Shown here piece after piece: positions 51,682 through 62,493 of a stretch of DNA of 64,000 nt. A model generated the notes under the pieces. It did no database searches, was not told where the DNA came from, and saw nothing but the letters and a program-made list of their open reading frames with translations. Source of the DNA: Candidatus Bathyarchaeota archaeon (lineage in GTDB: Archaea; Thermoproteota; Bathyarchaeia; Bathyarchaeales; Bathycorpusculaceae); NCBI GenBank assembly GCA_963717465.1, contig OY970340.1, positions 1,408,001 through 1,472,000 on the forward strand, read 5' to 3'. The translations under genes were made by a program, and so were the position numbers. How positions within the stretch are numbered: the stretch's first letter is position 1; each line of letters starts with the position of its first letter.

Positions 51682-52560
51682 TTGGCACAAATGAATATCT
51701 ATCTAATTAGGCACACATTTTTGAAGCTCTTAGATGGCAAACTAAGGCCGTGTAATGATAGTGCATACTTAAAAATAGTATTCAAGAGTTTTAGAACTAT
51801 TGCATTGGCAGCTTTATCGCAAATTAACTCAATTTTGTTCGTAAAGCCAGATTTGTGGAAAGAAGTATTTGCAACTTCAAAGTGTTTTCTGAACGCCACA
51901 CAAGATGGCTTTAAGTTTATGATTAGATCAGCAGTTGACTTTCAAGCCGCAGATCTTCTGCACGAAAGAGAAGTAGCAAGTGCTATACTGAATCTGATCA
52001 AGAATTCTAAAGTCTTTGTAGACATTGGGGCAAATATTGGATGCTACACGGTTCGGGCTCCTAGTCTCATGAAAAATCTTTGCGTAGTATTAGCTTTTGA
52101 ACCTCATCCATTAAGTTTTGCATTATTGAAAACAAATCTTCGGCTTAATTATTCGCCCGTTTCGCATCGAATAAAACTATTTAACTTGGCACTTGGGTCA
52201 TTCGACGGCTACACAAAACTTTATGCGCCACCCGAAAGCTTGGCTCAGGCATCTACGAATCTGAAATTTATAGAAAAAACACGAACATTCAGTAATTATG
52301 ACGTATACTATCCGAAATGTTGTAGATTGGATTCAGTAAAAGTTTTACGTGAACTGGACTGTATAGATTTCATCAAAATTGATGTTGAAGGAGCAGAATT
52401 AGACGTACTTAAAGGGGCAAGTCAAACATTAAGAAAAGTTGAAAACATTGTGATAGAGACTGATCATGAAAACGCTGTATGCACTCTTCTAAGCAAGTTC
52501 GGATTTAAATTGCGAAAAAGATTCCATTCGGGATTTTACTTATATTTCTCCAAAAACTAG
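51682..52560 (+). CDS. FkbM-family methyltransferase
   Basis: DIGANIG, FEP and KIDVEGAE. Confidence 0.9.
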   Translation: MAQMNIYLIRHTFLKLLDGKLRPCNDSAYLKIVFKSFRTIALAALSQINSILFVKPDLWKEVFATSKCFLNATQDGFKFMIRSAVDFQAADLLHEREVASAILNLIKNSKVFVDIGANIGCYTVRAPSLMKNLCVVLAFEPHPLSFALLKTNLRLNYSPVSHRIKLFNLALGSFDGYTKLYAPPESLAQASTNLKFIEKTRTFSNYDVYYPKCCRLDSVKVLRELDCIDFIKIDVEGAELDVLKGASQTLRKVENIVIETDHENAVCTLLSKFGFKLRKRFHSGFYLYFSKN

Positions 52561-52741
52561 TTATAGATCTAAAAGCTCACAGCTCAATTAGCAGTCATTT
52601 GCTATAAAACGAAGAAGAATACACGCTCAAAGCATAATTGTCTTGGAGCCATTTTGTCTAGGATGCATTCACAACAAAGATTGTGTGGTCTTTCTTGGAG
52701 ATACAGAAAAGGAGCAAATTATTCCCTTAGGAATGAATTAG

Positions 52742-54022
52742 TTGTCATCGAAATGTTTCCTCACTGATAGCATTTCCTCGATACAGCATGCTGAAAGTCA
52801 AATTCTCTTCATTGAAGAACGGTTCATCAAAGATGGGGAGAAGACTATTTCGAACATAAGGCATGCATGGTATTCAGGGCATATAGCTGAGAGCTTAGCG
52901 ATAACGTCATCTGCAAGCTCGTCTTCGGATTCATCCCCGAGTTCTTGGATCGCCACCACATACATGCCAAAAATTGATAGCGCATTGCCTGAAGTTTGTA
53001 TAGTTGTACCAACTTACTTTGCTGGAAAAGTGCTCAGAGATGTTCTTGCTTCAATATGTATGCTGGATTATCCTAAGGATAAAATAGATGTTTTTGTTGT
53101 CGCCGTTCCTAACGATGAGGAAGCCTATTTTCATGTAAAAGAGACAGAGGATCTTTATAGACTGAAAATAAATTTTTTGACAGTAAATGCAGCAAATGTG
53201 GATATTCAAAGAAACTACGGTATTAGACTCAGTAAATTCGAACACGTTTTGTTAGTTGACGACGATGTGGTTCTTGACAAAAATGTACTAAAAAGAGCCG
53301 TTAGAATAGCGCTAAGCAACGAAAATATAGCTGCCGTTGTTTACCCAGTCATGAGCGATAATCCCTCTCTAATCGAGAAGCTTCATCATGGAAGATACAT
53401 GGGTGCAACGCCAAACACATATACAGTGATGCCTTGCTCTCTCTTTAAAAGAAGCATTTTATTAAAGGTGGGTCTCTATCGCGAAGATATGGGTCCTCCA
53501 CTTACAATTCACGAAGATTGGGAACTGGGCTCAAGACTACGAAAACATGGTTTCAAAATAATCGTTGATGGGTCTGTAGTTCAGAAGCATTTAAATTCGT
53601 TGCGAAGAAGCTTTTCAAAAACGGATTTTAATAATTCTACAAGTATTGATATCATGACTAGGACAAGACGAGGAGTAGCCTTACTGTGGTCATATGCAAG
53701 TTCCTATATGCAGTGTAATAGTAGGACTTTTTTTGGGGTTATGAAGTCCAGTCCCTTGTTGCAACAGATGGAATACGCTATCTACTTCATGATGCCGCTT
53801 ATAGGTTTAGGTTTGTGCTTTTTTAACTTGCTCTACGCTTTGATCTACGTGCTATTCCTAATTGTTGGTGTTGATATCCACAGTTATGTTAATGGCTACT
53901 ACAGGCTTTTCGGCCTAATAAAGCGCCTAACATATCCAATCGTACTAACTACTGTGCGGGTTGTTAGAACATACCTGTCGTTACTCGGCTTACTTAGAGA
54001 AACAATTGTTGAAACGTCATGA
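52742..54022 (+). CDS. GT2 glycosyltransferase with C-terminal TMs (true start probably ~52964)
   Basis: IVVPTY, LDYPKD, RNYG, VDDD and EDWELG. Confidence 0.85.
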   Translation: MSSKCFLTDSISSIQHAESQILFIEERFIKDGEKTISNIRHAWYSGHIAESLAITSSASSSSDSSPSSWIATTYMPKIDSALPEVCIVVPTYFAGKVLRDVLASICMLDYPKDKIDVFVVAVPNDEEAYFHVKETEDLYRLKINFLTVNAANVDIQRNYGIRLSKFEHVLLVDDDVVLDKNVLKRAVRIALSNENIAAVVYPVMSDNPSLIEKLHHGRYMGATPNTYTVMPCSLFKRSILLKVGLYREDMGPPLTIHEDWELGSRLRKHGFKIIVDGSVVQKHLNSLRRSFSKTDFNNSTSIDIMTRTRRGVALLWSYASSYMQCNSRTFFGVMKSSPLLQQMEYAIYFMMPLIGLGLCFFNLLYALIYVLFLIVGVDIHSYVNGYYRLFGLIKRLTYPIVLTTVRVVRTYLSLLGLLRETIVETS

Positions 54023-54083
54023 ATAATGAAGTTATGTTTTTATGGCTTCTTATTTCGGGAAATCACCTGATTGCGTTAAGTAA

Positions 54084-54800
54084 TTGAAGCTTATGAAAAA
54101 AAGGCTTTTTCAAAGAAGCGCTCAGGAAATCCTGTTTTTTGGGCCAGACGGTTCTGGGAAAACTACGCTAGCACGAGCATTGGCTGAAATCCATAAGAAT
54201 ATGAATTCTCACGTCAAGGTTTCCTGGATGAGAGGAACCCACACTTTTGCTTCCTTCATTGCATCTTTTCTTTCCAAACTTCAGGCGTTTCAAGGGCCAG
54301 ACAATCCGTATTATAGAATCAGAATTCCATCTTCTATGAGACAATTCTGGCAGACTCTAGAATTCTTTGCGGCTATTCCTGTAATACTGATCAGGTTCGT
54401 AATCCCTAATTCTTTTGGTTTCTGCGTAATAGGCGAAAGATGCTTCCTAGATTTCATAGTTTGGGTTGCAATTGTTACGCGGGACGAATCCTACTTAAAT
54501 AGCCTCCCTTCTGGTTTCCTTCAAAGCCTAGCTCTAAAAAGTCAGGCGAGAGTCTATATCACAGCCGATCTTAACACGCTTCTTAAGCGTAGAACTGATG
54601 TCTCAACTGAAATACTGAGCCAACAGCAGAGGCTCTACAAAACATTATCCAGCACAGTTGGCGCTTACACTCTTGATACTACTGGAAGAAGTGCTCAAGA
54701 ATCGTTAGAAATACTTATGCTGATGCTTAATCTAAACTCTTCCATTTGTCTACCAAAGTTGAGTTCTAATGAAAGACGGTCCGTTTCTTTAAGAGGCTAA
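54084..54800 (+). CDS. Thymidylate-kinase-like P-loop protein
   Basis: GPDGSGKTT, ERCFLD and LDTT. Confidence 0.75.
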   Translation: MKLMKKRLFQRSAQEILFFGPDGSGKTTLARALAEIHKNMNSHVKVSWMRGTHTFASFIASFLSKLQAFQGPDNPYYRIRIPSSMRQFWQTLEFFAAIPVILIRFVIPNSFGFCVIGERCFLDFIVWVAIVTRDESYLNSLPSGFLQSLALKSQARVYITADLNTLLKRRTDVSTEILSQQQRLYKTLSSTVGAYTLDTTGRSAQESLEILMLMLNLNSSICLPKLSSNERRSVSLRG

Positions 54801-54803
54801 TAA

Positions 54804-55991
54804 ATGAGTTCTATTCTTGTTTTGCTCGAAAAGAAACCATTTGGTGGGGCGGAGCGGGCTACCAGTTTAATACTCGAGTTGCTAGCGAATGAAGGATTTA
54901 ATATAACGGTTGTAACAGGAACAAGAGATATTGAGAACTTAAAGAATGTCAAATGGGTTTATTCTCCATTATTGGATGTAAAATCTAAAGTCCATTTATG
55001 GATGAACTTACTTACGCAAAATACTGATCAAATAGAGAATCTAGTAAAAAGAAACGATATAGTATACATTCCTAGGCTGGCATACCCGATTATACCGTTT
55101 GCTAAAAAATCAGGTAAAAAAGTCGTTGTGCATTTGCATGACTACCAGTCCATGTCGTATTCCGCTGCAGTATTTCCAGACTTACATACAAAGCAAAGCT
55201 TGCTTGGCGACATGAAATTAAGCTCGCAACGCGAACTTTTAGACGGCAAAGTTTCCAGTGCAATTCTATGCTCATTACTTTCTCCTTTGAACAGGTTCTG
55301 TGAATCATGGTTAAGTAAAGCAGATGAATTGATCTGCGTATCAAACAAGCAACGGGAAATTATGGAACCAGCTATGACAAACTTGGCCGGTAAGTTACGA
55401 GTTGTTTACAATCCTATTCCCGGAATTGAGGTGGCTGAAAAAAATCTTGGGCAGCCAGCTTTCATATATGTCGGGGGAGACAAACGCATAAAAGGTTTTC
55501 CATTTTTTTTGGATGCTTCTCAAAAGGTTCTAAATCAGGGCTTTAAGGTTAATTTTTTGCTTACAGGACATTACATGAATAATACTCAGCTACTTATAAC
55601 GAAATTAAACAGAAAATTTAGCGGTCTTTACACTTATTTAGGGTTTATTAGCCATAAAGAAGTATTAAGATTAAACTCGCTCAGTAGCGCTCTAATTTTC
55701 CCATCTATACTCGAAGAACCCCTGCCTTATGCCGTAGTGGAGTCCATGATAGGCGGAACAATACCGATAGCGTCCAGTGTGGGAGGCGTGCCTGAAATTG
55801 TTAGAGGCACCTATGCTGAAAACATGCTTTGCACACCTAACGATTCCGAAGAAATTGTTGACCGCATAAGAAGTGTTTTGTCCTTATCTCGCGAACAATT
55901 AGGTGACATCTCCGTAAAATTAAGAGAAAGTACTTTACAGCGTTTCGACAATGAGCAAATCAAGCGGCAACTACTAAATATCTTCAATTAA
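54804..55991 (+). CDS. GT4 glycosyltransferase
   Basis: GGAE, HDY and EPLPYAVVES. Confidence 0.9.
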   Translation: MSSILVLLEKKPFGGAERATSLILELLANEGFNITVVTGTRDIENLKNVKWVYSPLLDVKSKVHLWMNLLTQNTDQIENLVKRNDIVYIPRLAYPIIPFAKKSGKKVVVHLHDYQSMSYSAAVFPDLHTKQSLLGDMKLSSQRELLDGKVSSAILCSLLSPLNRFCESWLSKADELICVSNKQREIMEPAMTNLAGKLRVVYNPIPGIEVAEKNLGQPAFIYVGGDKRIKGFPFFLDASQKVLNQGFKVNFLLTGHYMNNTQLLITKLNRKFSGLYTYLGFISHKEVLRLNSLSSALIFPSILEEPLPYAVVESMIGGTIPIASSVGGVPEIVRGTYAENMLCTPNDSEEIVDRIRSVLSLSREQLGDISVKLRESTLQRFDNEQIKRQLLNIFN

Positions 55992-56080
55992 CTCAACTTA
56001 AGGAAACGTGCAAATTAACGTACAAAAATACTGAGCTAAATTCTATAAGCATTTTTGTAACTGAAGAAGACAAAATTGCT

Positions 56081-57040
56081 GTGCTAACAAAAAGGCCTGG
56101 CAAAGTAGCCTTCTTACAGCTTAATAGGCAGTTGGATCTCGTCGAAGAAATAGCCAGTTTCAAAGGTTTAGGAGGATCAATACTTTATGCTGGAAACGGC
56201 AATTTTCTAGTTAGTGTAGACGATCAGTTGCTATTTATCAATCATGGATATCCTAACGTTGTGTTAAAGGCGCCACGACCTGAAAATGTCTTTTGGCATT
56301 TTGCCGAGGGTCACGGTAAACTGTTCGTGCAAGAGTATGGCAAAAGCCCAACAGGTATCTATCAATCTGACGATTTTGAACACTGGGAAAAATTGATTGC
56401 CAATACTGAGCTTGATAAGTTCTCTAAGCACTTTCATTATGTTGCTTACGATAAATTTAGAGATTGGCTTATAGTTACATTGGGTGACGGCTGCAACACA
56501 CGAGCATCAGTATCAACGGACTTAGGCAAATCATGGAGACCACTTTACAAAGGTCCATGGCAATTTGTCCCAATTGAGGTATTACCAAATAAATTAGTGT
56601 TTGGCATGGATAGCGGAATCACACAGGGCGGAGTAGGCATCTATCGTCCAGATAGTTCTGAATGGGACTTCATTTTTCTGAAATATTGTTTCAAAAGTAA
56701 AAATTTAGCTCAAATGTGCGACTTGAAATTCTTAGATAATGGTTATTGGATGGCAGGGCTTGGTTGTACTCAAATTATTGTTTCCAAAGATCTTTTCGAT
56801 TGGTATGCAGTTTATGCGGATGAGTTTACCAAATGCTTCAATCGACAAGTGTCAGTGATTGAAGGTAAGGATTTCGTCATATGTTCTGGTGGAAAAACCC
56901 TTCTGTTGGTGGAAAAGAATGAACTTCCGAAATTCATTGCAGAAGCGCAATGTTTCATATCTAGCTGCAAAACATACTCAAATAGGTTCAAAGGCTTAGG
57001 CTTCAATTTGAAACAGCAAATCAAACAATTAATAAGATAA
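56081..57040 (+). CDS. Beta-propeller protein with Asp-box repeats (start uncertain)
   Basis: SDDFEHW, STDLGKSW, SKDLFDW and HFH.V.YD. Confidence 0.65.
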   Translation: MLTKRPGKVAFLQLNRQLDLVEEIASFKGLGGSILYAGNGNFLVSVDDQLLFINHGYPNVVLKAPRPENVFWHFAEGHGKLFVQEYGKSPTGIYQSDDFEHWEKLIANTELDKFSKHFHYVAYDKFRDWLIVTLGDGCNTRASVSTDLGKSWRPLYKGPWQFVPIEVLPNKLVFGMDSGITQGGVGIYRPDSSEWDFIFLKYCFKSKNLAQMCDLKFLDNGYWMAGLGCTQIIVSKDLFDWYAVYADEFTKCFNRQVSVIEGKDFVICSGGKTLLLVEKNELPKFIAEAQCFISSCKTYSNRFKGLGFNLKQQIKQLIR

Positions 57041-57174
57041 CTTTCTGACGCGTGAAATCTGATTATAAAGAAAATATTGATGTTGAAACGCTTGAAAGTA
57101 TTTCAAGTAAGCCAATTATGAAATTTAACTTTCTAAAATAATTATTCAAGAAGAAAAAATAAGGAGAAATAAGC

Positions 57175-58284
57175 ATGCGAATATGTTTTGTTGTACCTGA
57201 GCTTTTTGCATTTAATAGGTTTGGCGGATATGGAAATTTTGTTCGTATTGTTGCAAGAGAACTTCAGAAGAGAAACATTGAAGTTTGTGCAGTAATTTGG
57301 CGAGATCCAGGTCAAAGATCTTTGGAAAATGTTGAAGGAATACTGACACTAAGTTATCCTTATAATTTTCTTAATGGAAGTGCATTATCACATGTCCTTT
57401 CATATAGGAAAGCACGGGAACTCTACCGCATAGCAGACGCAGACGTCTACCACAGCGTGGAAGCTTCTATCGATTCTTACATAGCTACAAAAGAAATGCC
57501 TGATAAGAAACATTTGATTCACTTCCAAGACCCATACGAGCCAGAAGACTATGTTCTGATGTCAAAGGTAGATAAATCCTTCAATTTTACTTTTACAAAA
57601 AAAGCTGTATTCCAGGCAAACAAGTACATCGTGAAAAAGGCTTGCAAAAGAGCTGAATTGTTTACTCAAGCAAAATACTTTGTTCCTAGGGTTAAAAAGC
57701 TGTACAGTATAACGAAGGAAATCAAGTTCCTGCCAAACCCTATTTCTATCCCTGACAAGTGCATAGCTAAGGACAGTGAACCAACAGTGTGCTTTTTAGG
57801 ACGATGGGACCCACAAAAGAGGGTAGAAATGTTTCTTAATCTGGCAAAAGAGTTTCCTCAAGTTCATTTCATAGCACTCGGAAGAAGTCACAACAAAACA
57901 TATGATCTGCAGGTTAGAGAGAAATACAAGAATGTGAAAAATCTAAGTATGCCAGGTTTTGTAACCGAAGAAACGAAATCAGATATTCTGGGGCGAAGCT
58001 GGATTTTGGTAAGTACAAGTATACGTGAGGGTCTACCGATAGCTTTTCTTGAAGCCTTAACTCAGAAAACAGCGATACTGAGTTCAGTTAATCCTGATAA
58101 TTTAGCTAGTAGTTACGGCTTACACGTGACCGATGATGATTTCAAAATAGGATTGAAAAAACTGATCAACAATAGGCTCTGGGCAGCAAAGGGTGAGGAA
58201 GGATACAAGTATGTTTGTGAAGTGCACGACATTAATAAGGTTATCAACCAGTATGTAGAAACATACAAGGAGCTTTGCTCCTAA
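57175..58284 (+). CDS. GT4 glycosyltransferase
   Basis: GRWDPQKR and EGLPIAFLEA. Confidence 0.9.
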   Translation: MRICFVVPELFAFNRFGGYGNFVRIVARELQKRNIEVCAVIWRDPGQRSLENVEGILTLSYPYNFLNGSALSHVLSYRKARELYRIADADVYHSVEASIDSYIATKEMPDKKHLIHFQDPYEPEDYVLMSKVDKSFNFTFTKKAVFQANKYIVKKACKRAELFTQAKYFVPRVKKLYSITKEIKFLPNPISIPDKCIAKDSEPTVCFLGRWDPQKRVEMFLNLAKEFPQVHFIALGRSHNKTYDLQVREKYKNVKNLSMPGFVTEETKSDILGRSWILVSTSIREGLPIAFLEALTQKTAILSSVNPDNLASSYGLHVTDDDFKIGLKKLINNRLWAAKGEEGYKYVCEVHDINKVINQYVETYKELCS

Positions 58285-58466
58285 GCAGGCGCAGGATGTG
58301 GGGATGTTTTGAAGTTTGCCTCTATAAGTCTTGCCCTTATTTTCCGTTTATTATTGAAGGGACCTTGATGGATAAGGCTGTTTTGCAAATTAAGAAAGAT
58401 ATTAAATTGTCAGCACTTTACGTGATTTCTGTAAAGCATCCACAAAATTGGGTTAGGCGCATATAG

Positions 58467-59180
58467 ATGATGAAACGGTCATTTTTTCGAGAGTACACAG
58501 AGAGGAATACCCAATGGCACCTAAGACCTTTCTGTGATGCAATCCTTGATTTACATATTATGCCTGAAAATAAAAAGGGAATAAGAATTCTCGACATAGG
58601 TTGCGCTAAAGGCTTTATGGTGAGAATGCTGAGAGAATATGGAGTAGAAGCATATGGCGTTGATGTTTCTGAATATGCGATCAATAATGTACCATCTGAC
58701 ATTAGATTATACTTGCGTGTTGCAAATGTGGAAAACGGTACGTTGCCATTTCAAGATGGATTCTTCGACTTTGTAGTCTCCATGTCAACATTTGAGCATC
58801 TGCGTTTGGAACAGATGAGCCTCACTTTGAAGGAAATTCAGAGGATTCTTAAGCCTGACGGCATGGTCATAATGAACGTGCCTAGTCCATCTAACAGGAA
58901 AGAAGCCAAAAAGCCTGAACATATAACGCTTCTTAAGAAGAATGACTGGATCTTGTTATTTGAGAAATCTGGATTCAACTTTGATTCAAGATTATCCAAA
59001 CTTTTCGACACATTCAGAATCAAAGAGATCGCAAAGCTGTATGTTTCTTCAGGACACGCTTTTTCATTCATGGGCTATCAGTTTTTCCTTCCGAGATGCA
59101 CACGAAGTGTCGCTGCTATCTTGATGATGTTTAGACGAAAATTGATTGCTCCAAACTTTTCACTGATATTTACATCTTGA
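58467..59180 (+). CDS. Class I SAM-dependent methyltransferase
   Basis: LDIGCAKG, GVDVS, FEHL and LKPDG. Confidence 0.9.
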   Translation: MMKRSFFREYTERNTQWHLRPFCDAILDLHIMPENKKGIRILDIGCAKGFMVRMLREYGVEAYGVDVSEYAINNVPSDIRLYLRVANVENGTLPFQDGFFDFVVSMSTFEHLRLEQMSLTLKEIQRILKPDGMVIMNVPSPSNRKEAKKPEHITLLKKNDWILLFEKSGFNFDSRLSKLFDTFRIKEIAKLYVSSGHAFSFMGYQFFLPRCTRSVAAILMMFRRKLIAPNFSLIFTS

Positions 59181-59342
59181 AAGCTAAAAAGTTCAACAAG
59201 TAAGAAATGAGCAAGAATCTTGTTTGCACCAGCTGAAAGAGTCCTTTCAGGTGTTCAAAGGTTTCAAAAATAAGTTATCAAGTTTAGAAAAAAGTGAAAG
59301 AGATGCTGATTTCACGTCTGCCAAATTAGATGTGACTGATTT

Positions 59343-60059
59343 TTGAAGCAAGCGGTAATCTGCTTTCGTAAGCATATTCAGGTTGTTTTCTTAGGTCCAG
59401 TGGGAGTTGGAAAATCAACGCAGATTTCACTGCTCTACAGCTACTTTAAGCGTAACAATGTTTCAGTTAGCAGGCGCTTTATCAAGTCTTTCTATCCCTC
59501 CATGCTAAGAACAATTGCTCAGCTTGGCCACAAAACGTTTGAGAAAAAAGATGGTCGTTTAGTAGTTGCTCTAAATCCCTCAGTAGCTAAACGCATCATA
59601 AAAGGAGTTTTGATAATTGATATTGCAACTGTGATCACTGCTTACTTGATGATAATCAAGTTGCCCTTGTATTTTAAACAAGTAGTTTTAGTCGAGGAAG
59701 GTTTACTAGGCACAATTACTGAATACATGGATGCAGCTTGGAAAAGCCTTGTAGACATGAAGTTTGCGCTCAGATTAGTTCAGCTTCTCTTCTTAATTAT
59801 TAATAAAGATAAACCCTTAGTCATAATTCTGGTTACAAAAAAGGAAACACTTACGGAAAGATGGCTTAAGAGAAAATCGCCGTTTGAAACTGATCAATAC
59901 CTTGAATCCCAACATCGTGTCATTCACTCCATAGTCAAATTTCAAGAAAAAAAGATTGTCATTTACGATGATGAAAATACAATCTCAGAGATTCATAACA
60001 CGATTGTTGATCAAATGCAGAAGCATATTTTGGATTCTGGACGAACTGCAATTATTTAG
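59343..60059 (+). CDS. Thymidylate-kinase-like P-loop protein
   Basis: GPVGVGKST and L.ERW..R lid-like motif. Confidence 0.7.
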   Translation: MKQAVICFRKHIQVVFLGPVGVGKSTQISLLYSYFKRNNVSVSRRFIKSFYPSMLRTIAQLGHKTFEKKDGRLVVALNPSVAKRIIKGVLIIDIATVITAYLMIIKLPLYFKQVVLVEEGLLGTITEYMDAAWKSLVDMKFALRLVQLLFLIINKDKPLVIILVTKKETLTERWLKRKSPFETDQYLESQHRVIHSIVKFQEKKIVIYDDENTISEIHNTIVDQMQKHILDSGRTAII

Positions 60060-60154
60060 GAAAGAAATGAAAAAAATTTACATCAACGATTATGTAGCTA
60101 TAGTGGAAATTTCGGCAGCACAGTCATCTTTGCAAGCGTTAGCTGCTAAAGCAA

Positions 60155-61303
60155 ATGTGGAAAGGTGGATGCATGCAAGTTTTGGCTTTTAAAATGCTTT
60201 TCCGAAAAAAAGGGACTGCGTCGGCCATTCTTGCAATTGCACTTCTCATTGCCTTGTTAGCAGCAGTGAATTCATTGCTTAATAATATTAATGCGCAAAC
60301 GACCCTGCTTAGTACGTTATCAAGAGTTGGGGAAACATTCATAATAATTAGTAAAAACTCGACTTCTTTATCTGGCAGTCAAATTAGTCCTGACTTAATC
60401 AATCAGATCCGTAATAATTCAAACGTTGAATATGCAACCTGCCAACAACTTCTTCAAGGAACTTTGACGTCAAAAAATGAGAATTATACAGTTAACGTGC
60501 TGGGAGTAGACAATTTATCAGCTTTCTTAAGTAACAGGCAAGCGCACTTAAACGGGTCAATCAGCTATGCCGGCTCTGAGACCGATATCGGAGTGATTCT
60601 TTCACAGCTTGCCCAAGTAAACCTTAACGATTCAGTCTTCTTGACAGTTGACAATGAATCAGTTCAGCTTAAAGTAGTCGGCATTGTTCAAACCTCACAG
60701 CAGAGCGATACTGAACTGATTATGCCTCTGGCAACACTTCAGACTCTTAGCAAGCAAAATTCCTCTGTTTCCTTCATAGAATTTACCCTCAAAAGCTCTG
60801 GCACATCAGGCAAAGCGCTAAGCAGCGTCACGCAGACACTGCCAAACAGCGTAAAGGTAACAAATACTCAACAAGCAGCCACTTTTGCCCAGGATCTTAA
60901 TAATCAAGCGGTAAATTTCATAAATGTATGGTCAATTGTCGTTTACGCAGTGGTGATTGCTGCCTCTTTTGTTATGGCAACCCGCATAATTAATGAGTCA
61001 AATTATGATCTCTATACGCTTATAGCTCTTGGCGTAAAAAAGAACTCCACTGTAGGCCTAATTGTAGCGTACACGTTTACTTTGGCTTTTATCGGTACAA
61101 TAATCGGCTTAGCCGTAGGTACTGTTGGGACTCAAATCGCTGCTACAGTTTTGCGGTGGGTTTGGGATAGCTCTCAATTGGCCCCCTTTCTGCAGCCAGA
61201 GCAAGCGTTGCAGATTCTTGTAATAGCTTTAGTGTCATCAGTTTTTGGCAGCATTTACCCATCAATCAAAGCTGCCAGTCTTGCCTGGGAGGGTTCATCT
61301 TAA
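60155..61303 (+). CDS. FtsX/MacB-like ABC permease
   Basis: TM1, large extracellular domain, LIALG motif and three C-terminal TMs. Confidence 0.8.
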   Translation: MWKGGCMQVLAFKMLFRKKGTASAILAIALLIALLAAVNSLLNNINAQTTLLSTLSRVGETFIIISKNSTSLSGSQISPDLINQIRNNSNVEYATCQQLLQGTLTSKNENYTVNVLGVDNLSAFLSNRQAHLNGSISYAGSETDIGVILSQLAQVNLNDSVFLTVDNESVQLKVVGIVQTSQQSDTELIMPLATLQTLSKQNSSVSFIEFTLKSSGTSGKALSSVTQTLPNSVKVTNTQQAATFAQDLNNQAVNFINVWSIVVYAVVIAASFVMATRIINESNYDLYTLIALGVKKNSTVGLIVAYTFTLAFIGTIIGLAVGTVGTQIAATVLRWVWDSSQLAPFLQPEQALQILVIALVSSVFGSIYPSIKAASLAWEGSS

Positions 61304-61359
61304 GCTTAATCAGGTTTAGATATCTTCGAAGCAAGCATATTCTCATTTTAATTCTAATT

Positions 61360-62493
61360 TTGACCTTGACGTCAACGCTTTTTTTAGTAACCGCCTTTAG
61401 CTTTCTTGGGTTCTACGACGGTTTTACGGATTACGCTGGAGCAGGCAAAGATATTTTGGTAATTTACAGCGAAAGAGGCAGTACTCCATTCACCGGTATA
61501 GTGTCAATTGCGGTTCTCAACGATGTAGATTCTATCAAAGGTGTGATTGCTAGCAGTCCAGAAGTAATAGCAGCATGTACAATAAATGGTCAATCCCTCT
61601 TTGTTCGAGGTGTTATCCCCCAAGAACTCGCTCAACTGAATCCGTTGACAATGGTGGATGGGTGCAATTTGAACCTTAATGACACTGATTCTGTCATTGT
61701 AGGTCAAACATTAGCTCAGCGGTTAGATCTCAAAATTGGCAGTACAATCCTTGTGTTTGGCGTGTTATCACAAAAGTATTTAGAACTTAACGTTAAAGGC
61801 ATTTTTTATTCAGCAACATCATTAAATGATGAAGCTATAGTTCCATTATACGTTGGTCAATGGTTAAGAGGCTTATCTTACGACGAAGTCACGCTAATAC
61901 GAGCTAAAATAGACCCAAACCAAATCAGCCCCGACCAACTCTACAAATTAATTGCCAATATGACTCAGTCGACAACGCCTTCACCATCTGCCAGTCAAAA
62001 TAATAACGTACAACAAGAACTTCAAAATTTGCTTCCTATCACACCGAGTACCATTGGCATAGAAAACGTGAATGTTGAAGAATCCCAGCAATTTATGACC
62101 AGTTACCTTGATCACTACGGCGTCAGCGAAGACGCGCTTCTTATCTTAGCCATACTGGTTCTCATATTTGCCAGCGGAACAACCATATCAGCTACAACTT
62201 TATTCATTAAACAGCACTCGTCCGACATAGCAGTAATTCGATCCATTGGAACGTCGAGTAGAAAAATAAAATTCGACATAGCCTTAAAATTATCACTTTG
62301 CGCCCTAATAGCAACTGCATTAGGTACACTTGCCAGTGAAGCGTTCTTGGTGGTCTTCCAAAAAGTAGGCTTTTTAGAGGTTCTCTCTCATACCCTAACT
62401 TTCCAGCTTGACCCATCAATCATAGTTGCAAATCTTGCTCTCTTAAGCCTGATAATTTGCTTAAACATCGGACGTATGGAGCTAAAGCCATGA
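61360..62493 (+). CDS. FtsX/MacB-like ABC permease (start may be upstream)
   Basis: VGQTLAQRLDLKIG, IAVIRSIG and C-terminal TMs. Confidence 0.82.
   Translation: MTLTSTLFLVTAFSFLGFYDGFTDYAGAGKDILVIYSERGSTPFTGIVSIAVLNDVDSIKGVIASSPEVIAACTINGQSLFVRGVIPQELAQLNPLTMVDGCNLNLNDTDSVIVGQTLAQRLDLKIGSTILVFGVLSQKYLELNVKGIFYSATSLNDEAIVPLYVGQWLRGLSYDEVTLIRAKIDPNQISPDQLYKLIANMTQSTTPSPSASQNNNVQQELQNLLPITPSTIGIENVNVEESQQFMTSYLDHYGVSEDALLILAILVLIFASGTTISATTLFIKQHSSDIAVIRSIGTSSRKIKFDIALKLSLCALIATALGTLASEAFLVVFQKVGFLEVLSHTLTFQLDPSIIVANLALLSLIICLNIGRMELKP

Noticed and set aside
52742..52963. Ser-rich N-terminal extension of the GT2
   Set aside because: TTG start and no homology cue; the ATG at ~52964 fits the GT2 domain start.
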